Shown here in pieces: positions 50,783 through 62,534 of a stretch of 64,000 nt of DNA. Both the position numbers and the translations under genes were made by a program. The stretch is from Haliotis cracherodii (lineage: Eukaryota). The notes under the pieces are model-generated. The model made no database searches, was not told the DNA's origin, and was given only the letters and a program-made list of their open reading frames with translations. Positions within the stretch are counted from its first letter, which is position 1, and every line of letters begins with the position of its first letter. The stretch spans positions 72,788,001 to 72,852,000 of the forward strand of contig NW_027266275.1 of NCBI RefSeq assembly GCF_022045235.1, read 5' to 3'.

Positions 50783-51327
50783 GTCTTTATTCAAGTCAAT
50801 TTTATGTTGCTTTGTTCTGATGCATCAGTTAAAATAGGGAGTTCCCCTGAGGCATGAATAGTGCATTGTTTTCGACAGAATTTGACAAGGTACCTAGGAA
50901 CAGTTAAGATGACATAATCAATATTCAATTAATGGACAAAAACTTGCATTAGCATTATATGATTAATGTTGATTGGTGAACAAGAGGGAGCCTGCAACAA
51001 ACAATGGAAAGACAATATTCAACAGGGACAAGCTGCCAATCCTCCTGCATTTACCTTCACTGTTCATGCCCTACTTCCCTGATGGGGAGTCAAGGGCAGA
51101 ATAGGTTCCAGCAACCTGTTGTATGAGGTGAATTGATGGATTGGGTAGTCAGACTTGCTGACATGTTGATTACGTGTCGACATTCCCTGATGGCATAGAT
51201 GATGATTATTGTTATTGTCTTGTCCAGACAGTTATTTACATCTCCATAGCTTGATTATTGCTGGGTTAAGCAAACAGAAATAAATGATGGTCAACACAAA
51301 TCCAGATATCGCCACTCTTAGTAGGTC

Positions 51328-51615
51328 AGGACCGCTTCCGTAGTCTAGTGGTGGAGCATTGGAAGGTCGGGATTGATCCCTGGCAGAATCATACTAAAAG
51401 ATGATACTTGTTACCCTGCCTTGGGCTCGGCATTAAAGGGCTAAAAGGAGGCCTGGTCGGGTAGGAGTCTGTATACTGTGTCTGAGTGGGGTATTCATGT
51501 TAAACTGCAGCATGGCACTCAGCGGGCTAGCACTATAAAATCAGCATTAGTCCGGGCCAGTACAAGCAGTCACACACACATGTTCATGCACGTCGCTATC
51601 AACACGACAAACCCC
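51328..51615 (+). mobile_element. tRNA-derived SINE (family M)
   Basis: tRNA-like head; body matches the reverse complement of 52540-52862. Confidence 0.75.
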
Positions 51616-51918
51616 ATCTCACTTCACCTCGCCTATTAGTGGGTTGTATATCTTTTTATCACAAATGGTCTGTGTAACATTAGCATATCTCTGAAGTTCT
51701 CTACACTGGAAATGAATTTGGGTCAGTTAGATTCATTATATGCCTGTGAGCTAGTCTTTTTAATAGACCTACATTGATGGGATCCCAATTGGCCGTGCAC
51801 GTGACCCTTGCTTCACATACCAGCAACTTCCACCATAACTTCTTTAAGTGGCATTTAGAAGTTTGTGTGATGAAGTAAGACAAGTTCTATGGATGAACAA
51901 CTTCTTTATTACAATTAG

Positions 51919-51958
51919 TGCGACGTTTCAGTGTAGTTCCTAACACCTTCATCAAGCA
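51919..51958 (-). ncRNA. Minimal type I hammerhead ribozyme motif, Penelope pseudo-LTR type
   Basis: Minus strand: TGC-TTGATGA-A-GGTGTTAG-GAA-CTACACT-GAAA-CG-TC-GCA, with AATAAA 9 nt downstream (51910-51905). Confidence 0.65.
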
Positions 51959-52539
51959 AGAGATGGATAGTGCTAAACAACATAGGTGTATATATACTTA
52001 TTAACCTCAATGTTTATACAGTACATTGATTGATGGACAGAGAGCTGATTAATATATTGGAAGCCAGTGGATGACTAATGGGACAGGGTAAACAACCACG
52101 GAAGCTGATTGGGATGATTGGAAGCCAGTGAATTGTCTAATGGACAGTCAGCAAGTATCACCATCAATCCTCGTGGATTTCACTGAAGGGGTCAATGCCC
52201 AAGACCTGTCTCTTTTGGGTTTTCTGCAATGTTCTGCCAATCCAGTGAATGACATCATGAGCATCAATCTATGCAATTGGAATACGATGACATGTATCAA
52301 CGGAGTCAGCGAGTCTCACCACCTGTTGCCTCACAAGCATAGTAACAATATTGAGGTTGATATTTTTAACAGTAAATGCATGTTACACTGCTTGCAGCAA
52401 TAGTCCAGCTACATCACAGAGGCCTGTAAACACTCTAGTCAGTTCCAGGTAAACAAGTGCCCAGTGACATGAGCAGTGCTCCATTGAGGGTGTTGATGAC
52501 AATCGGCAAGAGCTCCATGTCGTAAGGTGATGTGAAAAG

Positions 52540-52862
52540 GGGTTTAACGTTGTGTCCAAGATTATTGCACTTATATAACGACATGTGTTTGTGACTGCTT
52601 GTACAAGTTCGGACTGATGCCGATTTAATAGTGCTAGCCCGCTGAGATACCATGCCGCGGTTTAACATGAATACCCCACTCAGACACAGCATACTGACTC
52701 CAAACGGACCAGCCCTTGTTTTAGCCCCTTAATGTCGAGCGCCAGACAGGGTAACAAGAAGTTCTATCTCTTAACAGCTTTTGGTATGACACGGTCGGGG
52801 ATTGAAACCCAGATCTTCCACTCTCCAGGCGGACGCTCTACCACTAGACTTCAGAGGCGGTC
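52540..52862 (-). mobile_element. tRNA-derived SINE (family M)
   Basis: Minus strand: TCTAGTGGTAGAGCG (A box), GGTTTCAATCCCC (B box); shared body with 51328-51615. Confidence 0.8.
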
Positions 52863-54757
52863 TCCATGTCACAAAGCAATCATAGCACTACAACAATCAC
52901 AACGGCTATACTTGAACATACAACAGTCATAGCGCTATGATTGCTTTGTCTTGTCTGGTCTCACATTGAAACCACCTCCTCAGTCGGATTACTAGAGCCT
53001 CATGTTGTCTATCCCACGATCCCTACATGAGATTTCATAAATAATTAAAACAACATGTTTATTTAGCGGGTTTATTCAAGATAATTCTTCACCTCACAAT
53101 AGACATAGCTTGTTCACCTCGTAACATCAACTGACAAATGGCTCTTGGGACAGATTGTCCACAAGTACAGATGATGGATGACTTGACAATGAACTGAAAC
53201 TATAAGGTTGGCCTGGAGAATTTGAGAATAGAATAAGAATAGATTTTTCATCATTGCTCATTCTGAAACTACTGTGCACAAGGCCAACACTGATTGTTTC
53301 TCAGGCACACCTAAGAACGTGAGGATATCACATACAACTTTAATATACAAACATCCTGGGTTTCATCACGGCCATATTCAACAGCATGTTTTAATGTCCC
53401 CATAAAGCAAACATTCAAAGTTGACATTTTCACATCAGTTTTTTCAATACAGGCTAGCCATTACATATTTCAAACATGTACACTTGGGTCCTTGTAGAAT
53501 GGTACACTCTGTGAAACTAAAACTTTCCAACAAACTAATCTGTCTAAAACTTACTATCTATAACTACAAGGAATGAGCGCAAGTCTCAGTCAGCAATATT
53601 CCAGCATGTAAATGGAGTCGGGCCAGGCTAACAAGACACTGACAGAATGAGAGGCTGTTTGGGATATGACGACACACAATCCCCCACTCCTCCTGCCCAT
53701 CTGATCCAATTTAGCGGCCTTGTAAAAATAAGCTAGTGCAAATCACTTGCAGAAAATAATATGCAGTATCATGAATTAATAAAACGCAATCAAAGTGTGA
53801 TTTTTGGAAATAATCAGTTTGATTTAAGTGGCTCTTCACTCCGTGTCGATAACCTTGTCCCCAACCGATGTAGCGTTTCATCCAGAGTCCGGAACAAAAG
53901 CAGGAAAGATGGGAACAACGACATCATCCATGTTAGGCTGGACAAACACTCTCTGTAAACACCAAACTATAGTCAGAGACTGTTTAATGCACTATTTATC
54001 ACAGTGTGTTAGTTAATTGTGTGAGGAACTTCTGCATTGACACAGGTCCGCGACGTTAAAATTTAAAAAAAGAAGTCCAATTTGGTGAAAGTTGGATCCA
54101 CATTCTACCCTGGCCAATATCACCAGCTAAAGGTCTATGTTAGGGTCAAATCACATTTATTTGTCCTGGTAATATACTGTAAATATTTCCATTGCAACAA
54201 TATCTATTATTTTGGCTGTTTGTGTAAATACAATATCTTTAGTAAATAAGTTTAGATCATAGTTATGACTGGATACTGAGACAGTGTCATTCTTAAGTTG
54301 ATCAACAGATATTTCCCAAATATTTTAATGTTTTTAATGAAGGTGCTCACCCAATTTGATGCACTTCGTGAATTAAGAGACGTTTTATCACAATATTGAT
54401 TTTGATTATCAATCAGATTGTCTTGACTGGGTGCCACCATTTTGTTTGAAGCAAATTCATGTGATATGAGAGGTGGAATTTATTTGGTCAATAGGAGGGA
54501 CATAGAAGGGACATAACTCGTGATAGCCACTGGTAGAAGTATGATTAAAGCCAGAAATTCCAGCCTGTTCGGGCAAGGGTGGAAACTGGATTATAGTCAG
54601 CGAAATCCCTTGCCTCAGGACGATCGTGCATGGTATATACTGGGATCTTTGCATATCATCCATGAAGCCTCTTGATATGAGGTTACTTTATGTTTAGTCC
54701 AGATCGACCAGCCAAAATGTCCTGGGACATCCAGCCCTGGTGACTAGTGTCTGACGC

Positions 54758-54814
54758 CAGAGACCATATAATAGTATATATATATATATATAATAATCTA
54801 TTATATGGTCTCTG
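54758..54814. mobile_element. 57-bp MITE, 17-bp TIR, 7-bp TSD (P-element-like)
   Basis: TIR CAGAGACCATATAATAG; TSD CTGACGC at 54751-54757 and 54815-54821. Confidence 0.8.
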
Positions 54815-54980
54815 CTGACGCTGCCCACAGCTACTTAATGACAATGGGTTGTGTGAGTAAATGAGTTGGGTTTGACGCTGCTTTTAACAGTATTCCAGTT
54901 ATATCACTTATATATATATAATAATCTATTATATGGTCTCTGCTGACGCTGCCCACAGCTACTTAATGACAATGGGTTGT

Positions 54981-55239
54981 GTGAGTAAATGAGTTGGGTT
55001 TGACGCTGCTTTTAACAGTATTCCAGTTATATCACTCCGTGTCAGCTTGATGTAGAGGGATGCAGGTCTTAGACGTTTACCACTTTGGTGAAACATGGGT
55101 ATGGTGCTGACAAACCTAGAAACATAATTGGAGCAAACTGGGATTTGAACCAACAAATATAGGTTTCTGGTGTGTGCATGGGATGCAACTCTTCACAGCA
55201 AATTGCAGCTCCTTAGACGACTGGGTCACCCATGCCCCT
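54981..55239 (-). mobile_element. Family L SINE copy
   Basis: Colinear with 12568-12828. Confidence 0.8.
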
Positions 55240-55246
55240 GACAATG

Positions 55247-56125
55247 ACTGGAGAGAGGATGTGTTTAAACTGGAGAGAGTATGTGTTTAACAAGAGACAG
55301 AATGTGTTTAACAAGAGACAGAATGTGTTTGACAAGAGAGAGGATGTGTTTGACCGGAGAGAAGATGTGTTTGACTAGAGAGAGGATTTGTTTGACTGGA
55401 GAGAGTATCCTTAACAAGAGATAGGATGTGTTTGACAAGAGATAGGATGTGTTTGACCAGAGAGAAGATGTGTTTGACTAGAGAGAGGATGTGTTTGACT
55501 AGAGAGAGGATGTGTTTGACAAGAGAGATGTGTTTGACTAGAGAGAGGATGTGTTTGACAAGAGAGATGTGTTTGACTAGAGAGAGGATGTGTTTAACTA
55601 GAGAGATGATGTGTTTGACTAGAGAGATGATGTGTTTGACTAGAGAGAGGATGTGTTTGACAAGAGAGGGGATGTGTTTGACTAGAGAGAGGATGTGTTT
55701 GACAAGAGAGGGGATGTGTTTGACTAGAGAGAGGATGTGTCTGACTAGAGAGAGGATGTGTTTGACTAGAGAGAGGATGTGTCTGACTAGAGAGAGGATG
55801 TGTTTGACAAGAGAGGGGATGTGTTTGACTAGAGAGAGGATGTGTTTGACTAGAGAGAGGATGAGTTTGACAAGAGAGGGGATGTGTCTGACTAGAGAGA
55901 GGATGTGTTTAACTAAGAGAGGATGTGTCTGACTAGAGAGAGGATGTGTTTAACTAGAGAGAGGATGTGTCTGACAAGAGAGAGGATGTGTTTGACAAGA
56001 GAGGGGATGTGTCTGACTAGAGAGAAGATGTGTTTAACTAGAGAGAGGATGTGTCTGACAAGAGAGAGGATGTGTTTGACTTGAGAGGGGATGTGTTTGA
56101 CTCGAGAGAGGATGTGTTTGACTAG
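55247..56125. repeat. Minisatellite, 21-bp unit
   Basis: gagagaggatgtgtttgacta. Confidence 0.97.
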
Positions 56126-57325
56126 TGTAAGTGTAGATAAAGACAGCACACATCATGGCTATCCTAAAGGTCAAACTTGTAACAAACACAACCATGCTCC
56201 TCCAGCATAGTCTGTATAAAGAAAAATACATTTCAGGCCAAGTACTGAGGTCCTTTAAGTATTGCTCCTTCAATAGATGTGTCATTACTCTTGCAATATC
56301 ATTCTGGGCATCTTTACCTCCAAACTTCTGGATATTCTAGGAAGACCTGACATGGGCTCATTAGATTGCAAGGGAACTTGTGGGACATTTTGAATAGAAA
56401 ACTCTTATTATGGTCTGTTGAAGAGGTGAATATGTGATATTGTTTGCTTGTTGCTTTACACTGCTCTCAACAATATTCCAGGTATATGACGGCGGTCTGT
56501 AAAGAAACAAGTCTGACCAGACAATCCATTGTTTGATATAATGAGCATCAACCTATGCCTTTGGGATATGATGACATGCATCAAACAAGTCAGCAAGTCT
56601 GACCATTATGAACACATGAATATGTTCTGACTAAAGGTGGTGGTGTTGACTTTAATGAAACCCTGTTAATCACAAATATAACATTCCAGACAAAATCATC
56701 TGGATTAACAAATCATAAATATGTAGTTATGTCCCTATTTTATAGAAGGACTTCAGGTTAAACAGGGTCAGGCAAGTTTTCACTTTATACAGTTGTCTAT
56801 CAAGACTATGGCCACAACTGTATATTTTAACTTGTCAATGAAATGCTGTCAATGCTGGTAGTTTGATCAATCAAACCATGTAATACCAACGTCTGTGCTG
56901 GGTCTTCTTCAATAAATGTTAAGGAAATCAGTGAGTTGGCAGGGTCTGATGTCCCTCTTGGCAACACCATAGCGACATGAATACATGGAATACAAGAAAC
57001 GAAACTGTAATGTACTGCTTCTACTTCCGTAATGTATCGTCTAACAAATATGGTATATGACCAGTATTCAAACTACAGACACTTGGTTTGTTATAAATAC
57101 TTTATGTATTCATGTTTCAATGTCAGTACATATGGCAAGCAATCTTTGATGAACAATGCAGATATCACCATAATCATAATAGTATCAATCTATATATCTT
57201 ACTTCTCCTGGTCATTTAGTCTTTTTACAGACTGGCCTGGATAACACTACTGAAAACCTGCATTACCTCTAGCCCGCTAACGGGATATAACTATTTTACG
57301 CTTTTCAGCGTGTCCTATCACTATC

Positions 57326-57484
57326 GTGAGTATGGTTTTACGCTGCTTTAAGCAATATTCCAGCAATACAACAGAGCGGGACACCAGAAATGGGCTTCAC
57401 ACATTGTACCCATGTGGGGAATCGAACCTGGGTCTTCGGCGTGACAAGCGAACGCTTTAACCACTAGGCTATCCCATTGCCCCC
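57326..57484 (-). mobile_element. Family D SINE copy
   Basis: Closely similar to 58488-58670. Confidence 0.85.
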
Positions 57485-58393
57485 TGCAATAACTAATTAG
57501 GCTAGTAAATATTTCATGTTAAATTGCATCACTGTAGCCTATTCTAATTTTCTATTCTCTTCCTGCAGCATGCCCTAAACTCACTTCTGTTGCATCTGGA
57601 CCCTAAAACTAGGAAACTATCTGCACCTGTCTACCCCTTATGGTCTGTTGGGATAGGCTGATGGAAAATCAGGTACCTGTTCAACAAAGCTATCCATGCA
57701 ACAATCACAAGGATAGGAGTTACGACAATCGTACCACCATGATCTTTCCGTGAAACACTGCCATCTCCTTAGAACCCTGAAGATAAAATGACCCTCCCAC
57801 ATTTCCCAATATTTCTAAAACCAGGTTCGTTGGTTTCATGAGTTACTTAGTTAATAGTTAATCAGTCTAAGCCCCTGGGGGTTTGCTAGATGCTGAGAAG
57901 GATGTTAACTCTATACACAGAAAAGAAGGTAGCTGCTATACAAAGAAAAGTAATTTGGCCAGTTCTTGCGTACAGATCGTTGACACATTGCACGTCAAAG
58001 TGCTACATACTTCCTAGATACAAGCTTCAACATACAGGAATATAAACTTCAACAATCTTCAACACATATATACATACCAACAAATAAACACTTGAACAAG
58101 CCATCTTCAAATAAAATACATACATCTCAATACAAGTAGTAAAATTACAAGAAAATAAATATATGAGAGGAATAAAATAACCAGCAGATGAACTACCTAA
58201 AATGACATGGATTTCTGAACTGAGCTGTGGGAATTTTATAAAACTGTCTAACTCAGATAGGAAGAACCTGACCCAGTAAGAACTAGTCATGCTTGATACA
58301 ACACAAGCAGGATAGTTTTTACGAAACCTGTAAATTACCAGCATCAAACCCTACAGCTCTTGTTCTGGAGAAGACTTGAATTCAAAATAGTAC

Positions 58394-58793
58394 CAGGGCC
58401 CCGTTCAACAAAGTGAACTTAGAGCTATGACTGTCACAAGTCTATGTTTAAGTATTGGAGTTTGGATCATCTCATAGCTATGACTGTGAGTGAGTGAGTG
58501 AGTGAGTGAGTGAGTGAGTATGGTTTTACGCTGCTTTTAGCAATATTCCAGCAATATCACGGCGGGGGACACCAGAAATGGGCTTCACACATTGTACCCA
58601 TGTCGGGATTCGAACCCGGGTCTCGGCGTGACGAGCGAACGCTTTAACCATTAGGTTACCCGACTGCCCCCTATGACTGTCACAAGTCTATGTTTAAGTA
58701 TTGGAGTTGGGATCATCTCAGAGCTATGACTGTCACAAGTCTATGTTTAATTATAATCTTAGAGATAAATCCGCTTTGTCGAACGGCCCCCTG
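58394..58793. mobile_element. MITE (PIF/Harbinger-like termini) with internal tandem repeats of about 52 bp
   Basis: CAGGGCCCCGTTCAACAAAG / CAGGGGGCCGTTCGACAAAG inverted termini (17/20 match), TAC on both flanks. Confidence 0.75.
58488..58670 (-). mobile_element. tRNA-Asp-like SINE (family D), full length, young
   Basis: Head GGGGCAGTCGGGTAACCTAATGGTTAAAGCG...CTCGTCACG...GGTTCGAATCCC; (CTCA)n tail; TSD CTATGACTGT at 58478-58487 and 58671-58680. Confidence 0.92.
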
Positions 58794-61729
58794 TACCCAT
58801 TAAAAACTGACATCTTATGCGAACATGCTCAGTCTTCAAGTAAAACCCTCATAAATTGATACAGATGTTTAATCGAAAAGCTGAGCAAGTTGCAACTACA
58901 GATAACAATGTCACCGTCTGAACACAACAGAACCATTACAAGTGAAACACAAAGCAAGCAGCTCTGTAGCTCACCTGACACGAGACAAATGGTCAAACTG
59001 ACATCCTTGTACAATGACTAAAAGATTGAAGAAATTCCTCATTAATATGCTGAAATATTGATGGTTCTTATGGACAGGCATGATGACTTAATAATAAATA
59101 TTTTTGTTAATTTATTTTGGGCTTCATTCAAACAGAATTCACAAGAACCTTTTCTAAACTCAATAATGAATACAACAGCAACACTTTTAACAATTGACCC
59201 TAACAATATAATTGAATTCAGCTAAACGATGCAGAAACATACATGTTACCACTGTCCCCGTCTATCAAGGATGCACCACACTGTGTCAGAAAGTAAGGTG
59301 AACCTGCGTGACAACAACACAGCTGTCAACGATACGATGGTGCCGGTAACCTTGGCCTTGTTATAACTAAGGGACATAACTCTGAGCTGTGAAACCAGCC
59401 AGTCAGAGCACCCTATTTCTTAGTACTATTTATACCTTATAGGTGTATAGAGAAAGCACAAGGTGACAATACTGGTATGAAAAAATAAGATTTCTACTGT
59501 TAAAACCAAGAAAAATATTTCCATACTATTCAAGTATTTGGCATTTCTGTTTTTCAAGCTAGAATTACCTCCTGCATTCTGAGCCTTACAGCCAGGACTA
59601 CACAGTTTGATTAAAGCGTAGGAAGACAAGCATGGGCACATATACATGACGACAATATTATGACAAGATTTACACATCCTACATGTGAAAACAAGGCTTA
59701 GGAAACACAATCTCACAAAAATGTTTTACTCCGATAAGATAGTTGTCTGCATGAAGACCTAACAACCCTCCTAAAAAGGAGGCATCAGCATGGCCTTCAT
59801 TAGTTACATTCAGAACTGTCCATTCAACTTGAGATACAGAAATCTGATATGCTTGTCTGAATGCTAGAAGTGAAAATTTAGAAGCTCGAACTGGATGATA
59901 AGAAAGGTCACCTGATGCGATCTCCTATGAAGGGGTTATCACATCTTTACACAGAGACATTTGATTTTACTTAGGCAAATACATCAAATATATAATGGTA
60001 CAAAGTCATGCATTTCAGTCCATACAAAACACAGCTAATACTTTGGTCACTGTTTCTAGCAGTGAAACCTCTGCTACAAGTACAACTCTTTCTTAAATAT
60101 ACACAGTATATTGACTATCAAGTTTCTCTGCACACTACTGGGTGCAAGCTTTACTTAAAAGCCATACAAATAAATGCCTTAAAGTACATGAAATATTGGT
60201 TCATTCCTGTATGCAGGACACTGTTAAGCAATGATGTTATTCTAAGTGACACTTTCAATGACAATCATACAAAAATACCACCATGGCTCCTCTCCATATA
60301 TAACAGTTGTATAACACTACATGACTGCTAGTGCAAAATTAACAGTGCATGTTGTTGTGATATGACATATAAAACTCCAGATTCACATTGCCTGGACACA
60401 ATGCTTACTTGCCACAAGATGCCTAACGTTTCCTTCTATTCTAAGGTTGTACATGGGAAGGGACATTCTGAAAGCTAACACATATTTAAACTACTTTGAT
60501 TGTATTTCAGATACAGGATCAGTTGGTGAGTGCATGGTGTTCTACACCTGAGTGAATTAGTGGCTCATGTGACAGCCTGGATTTGCACAGTGGCCTGCTT
60601 GCGGCATTCAACTGGTTGTGCATCAGCTTTGCATCTGTTTTGTTGGGGTACAATGGTCACAGCCAACAGCTGGCTTTACAGGGTGGTACCCAAGGGTGGT
60701 CCCCAAGGGTGGTTCCCAATCTGTCCAAGTCCAATCTGTCTTGGGACACTCTTGGGATCAATAATTATGATCAAGATTCCTGGAGGAAATATATTTCAGG
60801 TCTTTCCAGATATTAAAGTCATAAAAAAACACCCAAATATAATGAATATTTCCATGACATCAGAATTCCACCTCTGTATTATGATCACGAGGAATTGTCA
60901 CCTGTTTTCATGAACCCCCCAACACCCCCCCACCCCCCCCAACAGTCTGAAATGAACCAGATTTTGGCTCTATGTTAATGATAGACAACACAAGTACTTC
61001 CGGAATGAGAGTTATCTCCCTTACATCATTTGAGGGGTATGTGGGAGGAGGTTTGTTTATACTCTTTTGATGACATCTCATAAGACTTGGGATGAACAGC
61101 TATTACGGAACCAAAGCGAACGTTGAACATTATATGTCAGCCATAACAGTTACATCAACTGTACTCAAAAGCTTCAATTAAAAATATTCCACAAAAGCAG
61201 TATAAAATACCATATATCTTGTGATATTACAAAAATAAAATGTTTGGCAAAATATGATGGTATAAGTCTGTGGAACTTACATATTACAGAATGCTACAGA
61301 GACAGGTGTTCAGTTTGTACATGCCAGTGTTTCTTGTGTCTCAGTGAAACAGGCACGGACCTATCTTAACAATAGATGTTCACTGTGTCAACCATGCCAA
61401 AGTCTGAGTAGTACTACACCGGTAGTTATTCTAGTTACACACACACATGCTGATAACTAGCAAACATAATTCTCATCGTAACATAAAATATCCAGTAGAT
61501 TATTTAATCTCTATGACCATAATTTTTCCTGATATATTGAAGTAAAGCATCATATACCTTATTTTGCAATCAACAAAAGAATACCTTCCGTGCCACCCTA
61601 AAGACAGCTAAAATATACATATGTTATATAATACAAAACATACGCAACATGTACATAAATCATTGTCAAAATAAATAATCTGCAACAACTTACAATATCC
61701 CTGCAAGCAGAGTAAGCTACTCCTTCAGC

Positions 61730-62482
61730 CTTCCCGCTAGATGACCACACAATTGGACAAACCATCTACATTTCCACTAGATGACCACACAACTGAACAA
61801 ACCAGCTGTCTTCCCGCTAGATGACCACACAACTGAACAAACCAGCTGCCTTCCCACAAGATGACCACACAACTGGACAAACCAGCTGTCTTCCCACGAG
61901 ATGACCACACAACTGGACAAACCAGCTGTCTTCCCGCGAGATGACCACACAACTGGACAAACCAGCTGCCTTCCCCCTAGATGACCACACAACTGGACAA
62001 ACCAGCCGCCTTCCTACAAGATGACCACACAACTGGACAAACCAGCTGCCTTCCCGCTAGATGACCACACAACTGTACAAACCAGCTGCCTTCCCATGAG
62101 ATGACCACACAATTGGACAAACCAGCTGCCTTCCCCCTAGATGACCACACAACTGGACAAACCAGCTGCCTTCCCGCTAGATGACCACACAACTGGACAA
62201 ACCAGCTGCCTTCCCGCTAGATGACCACACAACTGGACAAACCAGCTACCTTCCGGCTAGATGACCACACAACTGGACAAACCAGCTACCTTCCCACGAG
62301 ATGACCACACAACTGGACAAAACAGCTGCCTTCCTGCTAGATGACCACACAACTGGACAAAACAGCTGCCTTCCCGCTAGATGACCACACAATTGAACAA
62401 ACCAGCAACCTTCCCACCAGATGACCACACAACTGAACAAACCAGCTGTCTTCCCGCTAGATGACCACACAACTGAACAAAC
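61730..62482. repeat. Minisatellite, 40-bp unit
   Basis: atgaccacac recurs every 40 bp from 61741. Confidence 0.97.
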
Positions 62483-62534
62483 TGGCTGCTGCTTCAACAG
62501 TCTTGGGCATCAGCAATTCTTACACCACTAACAT

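Larger units (their letters stand above)
49024..50800 (+). other. TNRC6: TNRC6 3' UTR (contains an assembly gap and an A-rich tract)
   Basis: Follows the stop codon. AATAAA at 50777-50782 with a T/GT-rich element downstream. Confidence 0.6.

Noticed and set aside
55426-56149. MCLTRER-repeat ORF
   Set aside because: 21-bp minisatellite, frameshifted at the end.
58590-58670. Functional tRNA genes here and at 12720, 52790, 57410
   Set aside because: Acceptor stems are imperfect, and each continues into a SINE body and tail.
58285-59597. SLC35/TMEM241-like reading (...VSLTICLVSGFVKTILLV...)
   Set aside because: Only a faint motif resemblance; it hits a stop immediately and no upstream transporter exons were found.
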